64,000 nt of DNA from positions 440,867 to 504,866 of the forward strand of contig CT868097.1 in NCBI GenBank assembly GCA_000165425.1. The letters are read 5' to 3'. Shown piece after piece: positions 38,441-51,287 of this stretch. The notes beneath the pieces are model-generated. The model saw only the letters and a program-made list of their open reading frames with translations, did no database searches and had not been told where the DNA came from. Source of the stretch: Paramecium tetraurelia. Taxonomy: Eukaryota. A program made the position numbers and the translations under genes. The number at the start of each line of letters is the position of its first letter. Within the stretch, counting starts at the first letter, position 1.

Positions 38441-39370
38441 TCATTATTTCAAATTTGCTACTAATTTGTGAACATTTTCATTCCAATTCATCTTTGTACC
38501 TGTTATTGGTAGAGGTCTTCTCATAGCTTTAAAGAAAAAGTCAGGCATAGAATTATATAAATTATCCATTCCTGCTAATTGCTTGTTTTCTAATTTAGCG
38601 ATTGTGTGAACAATCTATTTAGCACTTTCACTAGCTGTTGACAAGTCTACATTGATTCCTTCTGAAAAGGCATTTACATTTTTTAATTGCACATTACCAT
38701 CTTCATAATAGTGTGCTTACACTTTCAAATCACCTTTCAATTATGTTTTTGTTAATTCCCAAGTTGAGATCCAACTTCCGCAGCTAAAATATAATGGATT
38801 AATTTTACAAAAAGTTTGGCAAATTGATTGTTTTTGCAGTAATTCCTATGTAGAATGTGTAATCGGAAGCATCACCTTGATACATAACTAATTAAATGCA
38901 TTTTAAGTGTACCATAAGCTCCACAAACCTTCTCATTAAATTGTTAACTCAAGTAGAGATTTAATTGCTATTCAAGTGCATCTCTCAGTACGTTTAGTTC
39001 TGGATCTGATGGTAATTCCACTTAAGATCTGGATATTATTTCTAATTTTTCATGATCCACTTAAATTGTCTCATTGTTTTTCTAATCTACATAAAAGTCT
39101 TCCTAAGAATTCAGTACACTCGTAAGGATCTAAGTGATAAATATAGACTATTACTTGAGTGTTTTAGCCTTTAATCAAAGCCAAATGCTCCTCGTTATGA
39201 TCCCTCAATGCTTATAGCATAATAGCATGCTATGGATTAATATTCCCAATGATTTTGCACAAATCCTTAATCACTAAATTAGCTTATCCGAAAGGAGTAT
39301 TTTTGACAATGTACTTCACCACTTTCTCGTGTTAGTCATGTTCTGTGACTTCTCCCTCCCCTTAATTCAT
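38441..39370 (-). CDS. CAPZA: F-actin capping protein alpha subunit
   Basis: NTPFGQ...VIKDL, CGSWISTW, KVQAHYYEDGNVQL and FKAMRRPLPITGTKMNW. Confidence 0.93.
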
Positions 39371-39439
39371 TATATATCTTTTATAAATTAATATATAATC
39401 ATCTTAATAACATCATAAAAATATTCATTCTGTAAATGA

Positions 39440-39570
39440 GGTTGTTGTGTTGTATCTGTGTAGGTGTTCAATTCCTTCGAACATTCTACTAAGAGAAACA
39501 CATTTACTATTAGAGATCAATGCTAACTGACTACTATAGAAATAACCAATCATCGCTTTATCTCTCACAC
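39440..39570 (-). ncRNA. Box H/ACA snoRNA/scaRNA candidate (about 130 nt)
   Basis: On the minus strand: hairpin 1 (AGAGAU/AUCUCU lower stem, 12-bp upper stem with five G-U pairs), H box AUAGUA (plus 39505-39510), hairpin 2 (UGUGUU/AACACA lower stem, GUAG..UGUUC/GAACA..CUAC upper stem), then ACA plus 3 nt. The second upper stem is 14 nt from the ACA box. Confidence 0.85.
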
Positions 39571-39649
39571 GCAATTAATAAAAAGTTAATATTAATATTT
39601 AATATTTAATAATTATTATCTTCTTAATTAGTAAGTGCTAAATATGATG

Positions 39650-42038
39650 TCACCTCTTCTGCTTTTGCTTGAGTTTTGAATACCAAGATGGCCCTTCTTA
39701 CTCTTTTTATTTTTATTGATTATTTTGAGCAACATCTAAAAATAAATCCAATTTCTTACTCTTTTTCTACATAGCACTTTAAGGATCAATATATGTTTTT
39801 GTATTTAATGCTTCCGACATCTCGTTTATGGCACTCCTCAAATTTTGTCTCATATCATTTTAACTACCAGTGGCAATCCCTATTAAAATATTCTAAATAT
39901 TCTGCAAATTCTATCTTTTAATCCTCAATCTTTATAGATCTTCCTCTGCCCTCATGAATCTCTATTCAATTTATAAATTACTATTACATTAGCAATATCA
40001 TCATTTTCAGCCTTTAAAATCTAATAATCCTAATCATATTTTTTTAGCAATGACTTATATTTTAAGATCTCTCGGTCTCTCTCTTCAATATGGGCAACTA
40101 AATAGGAATGACTAATCATTATATATAAACTATTTACGGTTGATGTGTTTTATCAAGTACATCTCTCTACAATTTGGTCTCCTCTTATAATTTCTCAATT
40201 TCTTATTGCTTCTCTCTTAATTTTATTTGTAACTCTTCTGATTCTCTTTACTTTGCTTGCAGTCTTTAAGCCAAATTTAAAGCCTGTTGAATTCTCCTTT
40301 TAGAAGAAGTAGGCACAGTGCCCATAAATCCCAATAATGGATTCATAGCATCATATTCATTACCTGCTGATTTCATAATAGCATCATCAATTTCTCTTTC
40401 AATTCCTTCATAATTTTTGAGTTGTTCTTTTGCAACTTGTAATTGAGCATTTATGCCGCTCATCTGTTCCTTTGCCTCTACTTAACATTTATAATACTCT
40501 GCCTTTAAAACATTTATTTTTTCCCTTAGCATCTCATTCTCATATTTCATAGCCTTGAGATTGGCCAAAGTATCCTCATAGATATTCTAAACTCTATCCA
40601 ACTCCTCCACCTTTAACCTCAATTGAATTCTCTATTCAGATAAATCTCCATCTATTTTTCTTTATAAATTTCTATAATCAATTAATAAATGATCATATAA
40701 TATTGACTTTTCCTTCACTTACCCTTCTAGATTATCTTTTCTAAGTTAAATTTCTTCCTTTGCATCCTTCAAGAATTTTATCTAAGTTTCATAAATATCA
40801 ACTAAATTCTATTTGGCAATTTCCAATTCATGATGATGCTTTTCTTTAAGATCTGCAATTTCCGAGTAAATTCTTTTTTCATAAGCCTGAGTCTAATCAG
40901 TTTTAGAATTGAGCAATTAGAATAGATATTCTTAGGCTTAGTTTTTTGCTTCCAAATATTCCTTCTCTGTTCTATCCAATTTGTCCTCCAATCTCTTAAC
41001 CTTCTCCAATAGCTATATGTTCTCCTTAGTTAAATACTCCTTGTCTTATTATAAAAGATCTCCCTTTCTCTTGGCATCATCCTATGCCTTATATTGATCT
41101 CTTGCCTTATCCCCTGCTTGATTATTTTGATAGAAACCAGCCTTTTCTTCCAATAAAAACTTCTCTTATTCCAATCTCTTATAATCCCTGCTCAACTCAT
41201 CAAATCTCGCACCCTTCTCTCTTAAAAGGGCTAACTCTTCTTAAGACTTAATTAGTTCTAACTCCAAAGCTTTCCTAGCATTATCATAGTTTAATTTGTG
41301 TCTTCTGATATCCTCTTCTCTATCTACCATCATCTTTTATCCATGTTCCAAATCATTCAATAAGAATTAGTGTTTCTCTGTAATCTATCTAAGTTCTTCT
41401 CTCAAAGCCAATATCTCCTTTTTCTAAAATTCCCCTTCCTTTTTAAATGGATACACAATCTCCCAAACCTAAACCAGCACCCAATCTTAGATGGGCATCT
41501 CCTTCTCATTCATATCTCTCAATCTCAAATAAACAACCTCTGGAACTAACCCAGCTAACATGTCTCTGACTTATGCCAAAGCCTCCCTTATTCCTGGCAA
41601 TTGAGATTCTTAATATATCATCTTAGACTTAAGTTGTTTGATTTCACTTAAAAGCTTATCAGTTTCAATTCTATGATTAGCAAAAATCCTTTGTCTATCA
41701 GCATCGTTAGCTGCTTGAATCCGCTTTATTTCTGCATTTAGAAATGCTATTTATTTCTCTTGCATGCCCACTACAGAAGAATAATTCTATTATTGAATCA
41801 ATTATAATACATTTTTCATATTGACTGTGTCGTGAGTATCCCCTCCTCTATTATGTCTCTTCTATTAAAAATTCTCAATATCAGCTATGGATACAGAATC
41901 TCTCATGCTATCTGATTCACTGTCGCTCATAATCACTTAGCCTTGTTCGAATTGCCTAATATCTTCCTCAGAAAATGTAGTTGGGTCAATATTCATTGAT
42001 TTCATCAGTTTTATGAAATCTCTCCTCTTCAAGCTCAT
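39650..42038 (-). CDS. PIBF1: PIBF1/CEP90 basal-body coiled-coil protein
   Basis: YLRLRDMNEKEMPIQDWVLVQVWEIVYPFK, EIDDAIMKSA...VPTSSKRRIQQALNLAQRL and C-terminal PSWYSKLK match the PIBF1 pattern. Confidence 0.85.
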
Positions 42039-42428
42039 TTATCAGTTAATTATTTCAAATTTCGTTTTCTAGTTATAATATTCATAGATTAATTATGTCA
42101 ATCCCAACAACACTCTCCATTGATATGGTTCTAATGACAATATCGTTCAATAGTTATTTAATTAAATTCATAACCTTCCAAATATCCAAAAAATAATATA
42201 GATTTCTAAATAAAGACCAATTAAATTATTTATTATAATATTATAAATTTGTTTTTGTAATTGCAAGTTGCCCATATATTTCATAGTTGAATTTTATTTT
42301 CCAAATATCAATCTATTAAAACTGATGCAAGCACCTGTAAACCATAGCCAAAACTTAATTATGATTGTAAAGTGTAATTATTATAAGTAATATGAAAAAT
42401 TCAAATATTAACAATATAATTAAAAATA

Positions 42429-45108
42429 ATGTCTTAAACAAGAACAAGTTCCAAACACAAAAGAAAAAGTGAAACTCGTTTTCAATAACAAATTAATAGT
42501 CTCTTAAAAAATGTAAGTCATCCACCTTCCCCGCTCTCTAAACAGTGGATTAAGGATCGAGAGGGAGAATAAAAAAGTTTGTTTGAGGAAGCCAAATAAT
42601 GCGAATTTAATCATAAAAACCAAACACTAACATAGTTAACAGATATTGGAAAGAAATTATCCAGAATGAAAAAGAAGTTTAGAACTTTCATTACTGATGA
42701 TAATCGAAAAACACCAGTTTCAGAGAATAAAAGCAGAAAATCCACGAAGTCAAAGAAAAGTTAAAGTAAAAAGGGGAAGAGTTCACGTAGTCAATCAAAA
42801 ACCTAATTAAAAAGTCTAGAACAAAGCAGAAGCAAATCATCAAAAAAATTGAAAAAGTCTTTAAAGTCATCAAACCTTTAAAACACTCCAAAACTTATTC
42901 AGAAAACCTTTGAGACTAAACTTGGAAGTTTCTCTAAGGAAATACAACAATAAAGAGATAGTTCAAGACGTAATGTGAGAATCTAAGACTCAAGAAATTC
43001 AAAGAATACTGTTGGTAGAACTTCAAGGTAATTTTTGTAATTTATTAAAGTTCTTCTCGTAAAGTTGGTTCTTCAAAAAAAAAAATAAAAAATCAACGAA
43101 TTGAGTCTCCTTATGAAGAATCAAGTTCTTTTACAGATTCTAGCGATACAAAAGAAATTATGAAATTAAAAATGAATCCTTCTACTGCATAATCTAGATA
43201 TGAGGTATTTATGGACAATGACAAAAACATAAAAGAATTTGAAACAGGATAATTTAATAAAGAAGAGAATCACTTATTAACAGCTAAACTGGAATCTGTC
43301 ACAAAAGAAAAACTATTAAAAGAATATAGGATTTTGTACTACAGAAGTAAGGAAGTGAAAAATTTACTTACGGAGTATTATGAACAAAATTTACGTTTGA
43401 CTTAAGAAATCAATGAATTACAATAAATCATTTAAGATAAACAACTTGAAAATAAATAAGCCAGAAAAGAAGTAAAATCTCTAACAAAAGAAATGAAAAT
43501 TATGCAATCAGAATACAGCACTAAATTAGATCAATTGGGAAAATCTTACTAATAGTAAGAAATGAATAGTGTCCCATTAAACAATTTTGAAAGATTATAA
43601 TAAGAAAATGAAAAAGTTCTAATTGAAAATGAAATGTTAAGGAAAGATTATAAAGCTATTTGTCTTAAAATTCAGCAATTAGAAAATGGAGTCTATTTAA
43701 AGAGATAGTATGAAATACCAGAGTAAGAGATTTCCTAAAGATTTCAAAGGGAATTAGAGTCAGTCAAAGATTAAACAGATAGGATAAAAGAAGAAAATAT
43801 GAAATTGAAATTTCAATTAGATAGAGAATAGATTTCTAATAGAGAACTATCATAGTAAATCTAATAAAAGAAAAATGAGCTTGATGGAAATACGGAACAA
43901 AAGTAATATGAAATATAATCGTTGAAATCTCATTTATAAACGGCTAATACAAAAATTTAGAAACTAGAATTACAATTAACTTAAATGAAGTACCAATTGA
44001 ATTCAGAATAGGAATAATCATTTTAAATTCGTGAAAAAATCCTTCGATAAGAAGAGGAGTTAAGAATATCTAACCTGAAAATAGAAAACAGAGAAAAAGA
44101 AATAAATGAATAAAGATCAAAAGAATTGATTTTAAAGAAAAAGATATTAGATTTAGAATCTAAAATTTAAAATCAAACACAATTGCCTTAATAAAATTTC
44201 GAACCGATCATTACATTCAATAAACCAAAAAATTCTGAATCAAGTATATTAAATTGTGATTAAATTAGTTATTAATAAGGAATTATAAGTTGAGCGGTAG
44301 ATATTAGCAAAAACATAGGAGTAATTATTAAGTATTTAAGGAGAAAATGATCAATTAAAACGAAATCTTAAATAAATTGAGTTCGAATTATAATTTGAAA
44401 GGCAATAGAATGAATAAATCAAATTAAAATTCTCTTAATTGTAATAGGAAAAGGAATTTACATTTAAAAGAGCCTAAAAACAATTTGAAGAAACTGAAAG
44501 CAATCGTTTTAAGGAATTCTAATTTACTGAATAACAATATAAAAATCAAGAAAACTAATTATTATCTGCATAATAAAGAATAAGTGAATTGGAAAATGAA
44601 CTTAGAACATATCATAATAAGGAGTAAGAATATAAAGATTTGATAAATGATCAATAGATTTAAATCGAAAAATAATAATTAAAATTAGAGTAAAATTCAA
44701 CAAATTTAAGTGAACTTTCAAATTAGCTTAAAACAGTTGAAAATGCAAATAAAATATTGGATGAAAATAATAGACAATTAAAAATACAAACATAATAATT
44801 AATAAAAGATTTAGAACAAACTGATAAGTAAAAGGATAATTACAAAAATAAATACCTTAATAATGTGTACGAAAACAAAAAAATATTGGATTAATATCAT
44901 GAAGTAATTGTAATCTAATATTTAGAAAGAAAATAATCTGAAACAGACATATACAAATGAGTTGGAAAAAGTGAAATGTTAAAAGGAGTAATTAGAAAAA
45001 GTGAAGAATCAAGAGGAATCTTAGCGATAATAAAAAGATAAAAAGCTAAAAGTTATAAGTGAACTATAGCAAATGATAAAAGGACATAAAATGGCTTTTG
45101 ACAAATGA
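42429..45108 (+). CDS. Large coiled-coil protein with basic low-complexity N-terminus
   Basis: Long code-6 ORF rich in E/K/Q heptads, interrupted by at least two mini-introns. Confidence 0.7.
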
Positions 45109-45162
45109 AAATTAAATTCACTATTAAATTAAGCATTAAAATCTTAATAAATTTATAATGTT

Positions 45163-45884
45163 TCAAGGTTTATGCAAGCCTTTTTTACAACCAGGATTGC
45201 AATCTCTACATTAATTACAGCAGGTAAAGTATTCATCCCCTCCGCATGTTCTACAGGAAAAATATTTGAGTTTGCCTGGATGAAATACGCATGTCTCAAA
45301 TAAAATTTTTAATTACTTCCTCATTAAATCCTTCTTTTAAAGTTACGTTGCAACGAACACAATTCCAAAAAGCACCTGATTGTCTAAGAAGTTTAGATGT
45401 TTCTTCAATTTCTTATAATAGTCCTTAGAGCTGAATTATTGACGTTTCATCGTTCTGAATGGTTTTTACTAGGTCTTCACCCTATTGTTTTTTATGAATG
45501 GGGAAAGTCTGGATTTCTTTATAGGCAGGATTGGTGGAAATATCTATTTCAAAGGATTGATCTTTGCCACTAATTAAATCAATTAATAATGTTAGTTATT
45601 TAAGAAGAGAAGTTTTTTCTTTCTAATAGAATTCCCATTCATCATTTTCCCTTCTCAATAGCCGTTCTTCCCTTTCGAAAGTTTAAATTTTTAAATTAAC
45701 TTGATGCATTTTATCAGAAACTATAGAAAACATTTTCTTTAATTCTTGTTATTCAAACTAAGTGATCTCTTTGATTATTATAATAAATACCTAATGTCTA
45801 TTCACATTTTTAGATTATCTTATTTACAGGTAGTATTTCTTCTCTCTGATCCTTTGGCTTGCTTTTACTTTTTTCCTACTTCAT
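45163..45884 (-). CDS. Protein with C-terminal CHORD-like Cys/His zinc-binding domain
   Basis: WNCVRCNVTFKEGFNEE-TCVFHPG...YFSCRTC...YFTCCNQCRDCNPGCKKGLH-TGA. Confidence 0.7.
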
Positions 45885-45952
45885 TTAATTTTTGTTTATG
45901 AAAAATGATGAATAATTTATCAATTAATTTATATAAAAAATACACAAATTGA

Positions 45953-47648
45953 ATGAAATCCTCGGATCACTAACAATAAAATTCAGTTGGTTGGCTTTTA
46001 AATTTGGTTGGAAAATTTTCTCCAAAAGATTTGGAAAAATCAAATCTAAAGGAAATTGGAGAAGAATATATGAAAAAGATCTTACTCTATCCTCAACTGT
46101 AATCAGGGAATGTTTTTAGTTACAACTAATAAAAATAAGAATTCTCCGAAAAACTATTTCATATATACCCTAATATTCTAATATGTCAACATGACAAAAT
46201 TCATACTCATTTAATATTGAGTAATTGCAGTATTTAAAAAGAGTTAATCTAATACAAAGAAGCAAAAACCTATGGATTAATTATATCTAATAATTTAGGG
46301 AACACATATCTATTCTTTTCTTAATTCATTCAGTATCGAAACTGGTATAAATTGATGAAACAATATTGTAAATTGAATGACTTTTTTGGGAAGTACAAAT
46401 TAACAGATAGAATGCTGCCTGGAATATATCAATGCTATAAGAAATCCGTAATAATTGATTATCAATTTAGAATAATGCCTAATTCACAGTTCAAATATAC
46501 AAGATGGAAGACTTTGAATAATGGCCTGAGATAGAGGAGGTGGTTCATAATGAAATACAAATGCTACGTTCGATTAAGCATTCAAATTTGTTGCAACTAA
46601 GAAGAGTGTACGAAGATGACTCATATTTATTCATCCTCTATGAGCATTTCAAAGGAGAGTCCCTCTATAATTTAATATTAACAAATCCGTTACACGAAGT
46701 TCAAATAGCTTCAGTAATTAGCTTATCTATTAAATTAGATCGTTTATCAAATCTTGCAACTGCTTAAATTTTTGGATAAACATCAATTTTATCATGGAAA
46801 TCTCAATCCTCTAAACATAATTATTAACTCCAATAATTAACTCCTTTAGATCTTTTTGATAAACTTATCTTTCAAAGTATTGATTGTTTTGGTATCAATA
46901 GCAATACAGAATAAATGATAAATTAGACTGGATTTTGAATAGATAGATTGAAGGATTTATAGCACCTGAGTTTTATAATGGAGTACCCCCAAACATTACT
47001 TCTGATTTGTATAGTTTAGGAGTCCTGCTTTATTTCATGACATTTCCAACACAGTTGCCAAGTGAGAAACATTTTGATAAATATGAAATCGATACAACTA
47101 AAATTTAGAGATTATTGTAAAAGAAATTGTCTTAAATCCCTAATGATGCAACCTCCCCACTTGATAAATCAATAGAGAAGAACATCAGTTTAAGCGAATT
47201 AGATTTATTATCCAAATTGCTAGAAACCATTCCTAGTATTTATTTCTTAAATGATAGAGCAAAGAATCACAATATCTGACGGTATGAAACATCATTGGTT
47301 TGTGAATATTAAGAGCAAGATTAAATAGCTGAATGTTGTGAAAAAGAAAAAGGTAGAATTGCCTTCATTAAGAACAATTATAGAATTAAGATCCTAAAGT
47401 GAACTGGACCTTAAGGTTTAATCTTAACTATCCAATAACAGAAGACAGTCAAGATTAGCTCCAATCTAGGTTGATGATTTTGATGTAGGTAATCTAGGAA
47501 TGTATTAAAGTTAGTACCTGATGAAGGGCATCCTTTAGAGTAGGTTGCTGATCTAGATTTTTGTTAATTGCTAAGAAGCAGTACTTAATTAAGAAAAATG
47601 TAAACCTTAAGCAACAAATCCATTGGTTGATTTAATTCGAATGTATGA
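45953..47648 (+). CDS. PH-like domain plus CAMK-like kinase domain, probably catalytically inactive
   Basis: NEIQMLRSIKHSNLLQLRRVYED, YHGNLNPLNII (no HRD), INLSF (no DFG), GFIAPE and SDLYSLGVLLY. Confidence 0.85.
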
Positions 47649-47690
47649 TTTATAAAAATATATATATAAGATCTCAAATTATCAGCTTTT

Positions 47691-48329
47691 TCAAAATATG
47701 ATTTTCTTATCATACATACATATTAATAAGGATGAGTTCATCATCTTTGCTGTCACATAACACACAAATAAAGCCTTATTTGGAACTAAAGAACTTCCAG
47801 ATTATGGTCTAAAGAGTTTAAACTTATATTTACTTTTAGAAAAAAAAGTTATTTATTCTTAAATAATCCAGAATTATCCTAAACGGTATTAAAATCTTCA
47901 AATCATTCAATAAATTTGAGAAGATAATACCCATTGGTTTATTTTCTAAGAGACCAGCAAATAGATAATAAGGAATTGGAGCTAGAGGACTAATAACCTT
48001 GTATATAATATGTAGTACTAATTTAAATTTGGGGGAGTATTGTCTCTGTCCTAAAAATTGATTTAATTTCACATGCAATAAAGAATTGAAATTAGTTGAC
48101 ATAAATCCATAAGTAAAATTTCTAAAATAATTGATTTTGAATGGATCAGATATCTTATTATGTAATTTTTTACATCGTATTCATCTTATATTTATTAAAA
48201 TTGCTCTGAATACTTGCTTCTGTATGAATTATCAATGAATGATGTAATGTAATCCATTGAAATGAATCCTAATCCTACCAAAGAAAATGATGCGATTCTC
48301 CCGGACAATGTGGGTTTTATTTTATACAT
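47691..48329 (-). CDS. Small membrane protein, possibly divergent Mpv17/PMP22 family
   Basis: FSLVGLGFISMDYI, FRNFTYGF...LLH and KLVLHIIYKVISP...YYLFAGLLENK spacing recalls Mpv17/PMP22; the family call is weak. Confidence 0.5.
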
Positions 48330-48398
48330 AAATAAATTAAATATAATAATAAGAATTGTATATTATTAGTAAAATTCATATAAATTAATTAATAAGTA

Positions 48399-51287
48399 TC
48401 ATTCATTTACGAATTTTTCTTCATCATCATAATCTAACTCAAGACAATGTAATTATTTAGAAGAGAAATGAGAAGTTTCTTTGTTCTCAATTAACTATAT
48501 GCTACTAATAATTTCCTCTAAATTCTTTAAAGTGATTGGCTTAATATATACTTCCTTCATTCCTGCACTCAATAAATTAATTAAATCATCTTCTCCAGAG
48601 AATCCTGTCAATCCGAAAATAGGTATCTAGAATTTCGGCTACTCTCTAAATAAAAATTAAAGTTATTTTGTTGCTTCTTACCCATTCATAATAGGCATTT
48701 AGTAATCCATAATTATGGCCTTATATCCTTAACATTTATGATCTTCAAATTATGAAATGCTTTTCTCAATTAGATCTACACATTACTGACCATTATCTGC
48801 CTTTATAGATTGAAACCCCAATTATTTCAATAACGATTCCAAGACCAGTAGATTGTAGGGCTCATCATCTACTATGACAATTTTTTAATCGCAGTTACAT
48901 GGTGCCGACTAGAATAATATCCTACTCCCACCGCTATTTCTATGAATACTTGAAGTACCCCCAGAATATAACTGGTTACTTCCCTTTTTAACATTATTAC
49001 TTATGCTACTATTCTAAAAATTGAGATTTAATTAAGGTGATCTCTTAACCTTATGAAAGATATTTGTACGACTACTAATTTCTGGATCAGTCCAAGCATT
49101 ATATTTATGACTAAAAGTATCGAATTCGGCCACCTCTCCTTCCACTTATATTTAAGAGCCTTCTTTATTATATAAATCACTAGCCATAAATTCTGTCAAT
49201 TGTGCAATTCTACACTTTAAATGTATACAAACTGTGGTTCCTTAATTAACGATTGAATCTATTGTAATGTAGTTTTCTTCCTCCTTTCCTCCTAAAAATT
49301 TAATTAAAGTATTTGATGCTCTTAGACCAAGCATAATCCCTGAAGCTGCATCAGAATTCTATTCTTCGAAAAATTCTTCTTCATTTTTCAATAGATTTTG
49401 TATTGCTTCTAATTTTTATTAATTGATTCCAATTCCATTATCTTTAATTTCTAAAAGATAATAATCATAATTATTTGTATTCGTTTATTGGTTGTTGTTT
49501 GAAAACTAGCTGCTTGGATTTATGTATTATCTAAAATTAGTATTCTTTCTTAATGGAAAATGGAAGGAACTTTCATTTATATCCAAAGAGCTTTTAAAAA
49601 GTTGAGATGGATTGGAAGGTTAAATGAGTTTTTTTTCATATTCTTTTGAATTTTATAAATGCTTATCTTAACTATCTTTACTGAGAGTGATAAATATTTA
49701 ACCATTTGATCGATTAAATTTCAAACTGTTGGATATGATATGTATCAAAATACTTTAAAATTTTTCATAATCAAGCATCTCATATTAAGTTTAGTTTATT
49801 AATTTAAAGAAAATGATTTTCACATCTTTTAAGTCAGCTTCTTCCTAAAATAAATCTATCGTTTCTTAAACGACTTAAATTAATTTACATTTTTATATTT
49901 TAGTAACTAACTTCTATTCTCGAATCAAGTTGTAGTCTATTATGGAATTTATTATTAGGTTCTGTATTCTACAGTTATTAAAGGCTGCTCTTATTAATTT
50001 ATTTGTTTCCTTATCAAATAGTTAACTTTTGTATTAGATTACTTCAAGAAAGCCTTATATAACATTCAATCTGGTCCTAAGTTCATGAGAAATTGATCTA
50101 ATTACCTAACTTTTAAACCTATTCAGATTTTTGTAGTAGGAAGATTTGAAATTAGGGGAAATATCATAGAAGTTTAATAAAATTGCATTCTTATTCATTC
50201 CATATTGCAACCTTGTTTTAATTCTGACTTCAATCATGACAGGATATTCTGATGTTTAATTGTTTTCATATTGGCATTGCAATTGATAAATGTTTCCATT
50301 TGATAAACAATCAACATTGTTGATTATGTCTAGAGCCTAATTTAAATTTATTTAATTTAAATAATTTATTTCTTTTAACTCCTCAAATTTCTGCTGGCTT
50401 TCAACATTGAATTGCTCTTGTAATTGGGTTTAATTCAAATAAAGTCCTTAAAAAAACTAAATAATCTCATTTAATGAAAAAGTGATAAAGGATTCCTAAG
50501 AAGGCAGGTTCTAGTTTTAAAATACATTGAGTGATTTAGTTCCAGTCAAGCCTCCATTATTTAATTAATGTATCATCTTTTTTGTGAAGCTATTTGTAAA
50601 AAGGACGTCTTTGCTGTATGAATCAAGGACACAAACTGCACTTGGTATGCTTCTCAATGTTTAATCAGCAAATTGAGAGACTTTACTCAGACTAATTAAT
50701 TGTTAATCCCAGAAATACAATATCATTATTATGAATATTATAATGTTTAAGGAATGTAATGATTTGAAATGAAAGGTGATATTTCTGATTGCAAAATATA
50801 TGTAAAATTTCAGTAATAAAACAATTCTTAATTTTATCGTTCTTACTATTCCTAGAATCAATAACAAATTTATAAACATTTAACATATCGTCAGAATCTT
50901 ACCATCAGATTCATTGGATAGGAAGATTTCTGTCAAAAATAATTAGAATGATGTCTCAATCAGTATGAAAGTCAAATTGATCAGGGTTAATCGATGCTAT
51001 TCCTTTAAATGTGCAATAATATTTCTGACCACATACACTAATAATAGCACCCCAACAAAACAAATGTAAAAATAATAGGTAGTTAGTTATCTGTTGAAAC
51101 TTTAAAAGTACAAAGAGTTGTAAATTATTATATATACCAGTCCAATTATCGCATAAATTTTGACTAAAGTAATAAACGCAGGCCATATTTTCTCCAGAAT
51201 CATTTAATTGTGTTGAGCTATGTATCTCTGATTGGTATAATCATCAATTATAATCAGAATGTGCTCTTTTAATTTTTTTATTAACAT
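48399..51287 (-). CDS. Membrane-bound hybrid histidine kinase (TM region, HisKA, HATPase_c, receiver)
   Basis: RSISHELRTRLN, IISNSLKF, EIKDNGIGI, GIMLGL, IVIVDDEPYN, IIMDYQMPIMNG and YIKP. Span 2889 nt is a multiple of 3, consistent with no introns. Confidence 0.95.

Noticed and set aside
39425..39553. 42-aa minus-strand micro-ORF MIGYFYSSQL... in code 6
   Set aside because: No recognisable protein features; the same sequence is much better explained as an H/ACA RNA.
39500..39572. Resemblance to U3 snoRNA box A (ATTTCTATAG) or to telomerase RNA
   Set aside because: U3 boxes B, C and D are not present in order, and there is no CAACCCCAA-type template.
48399..51287. Histidine kinase as bacterial contamination or recent horizontal transfer
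   Set aside because: It uses TAA/TAG as Gln throughout and has the same composition as flanking genes.
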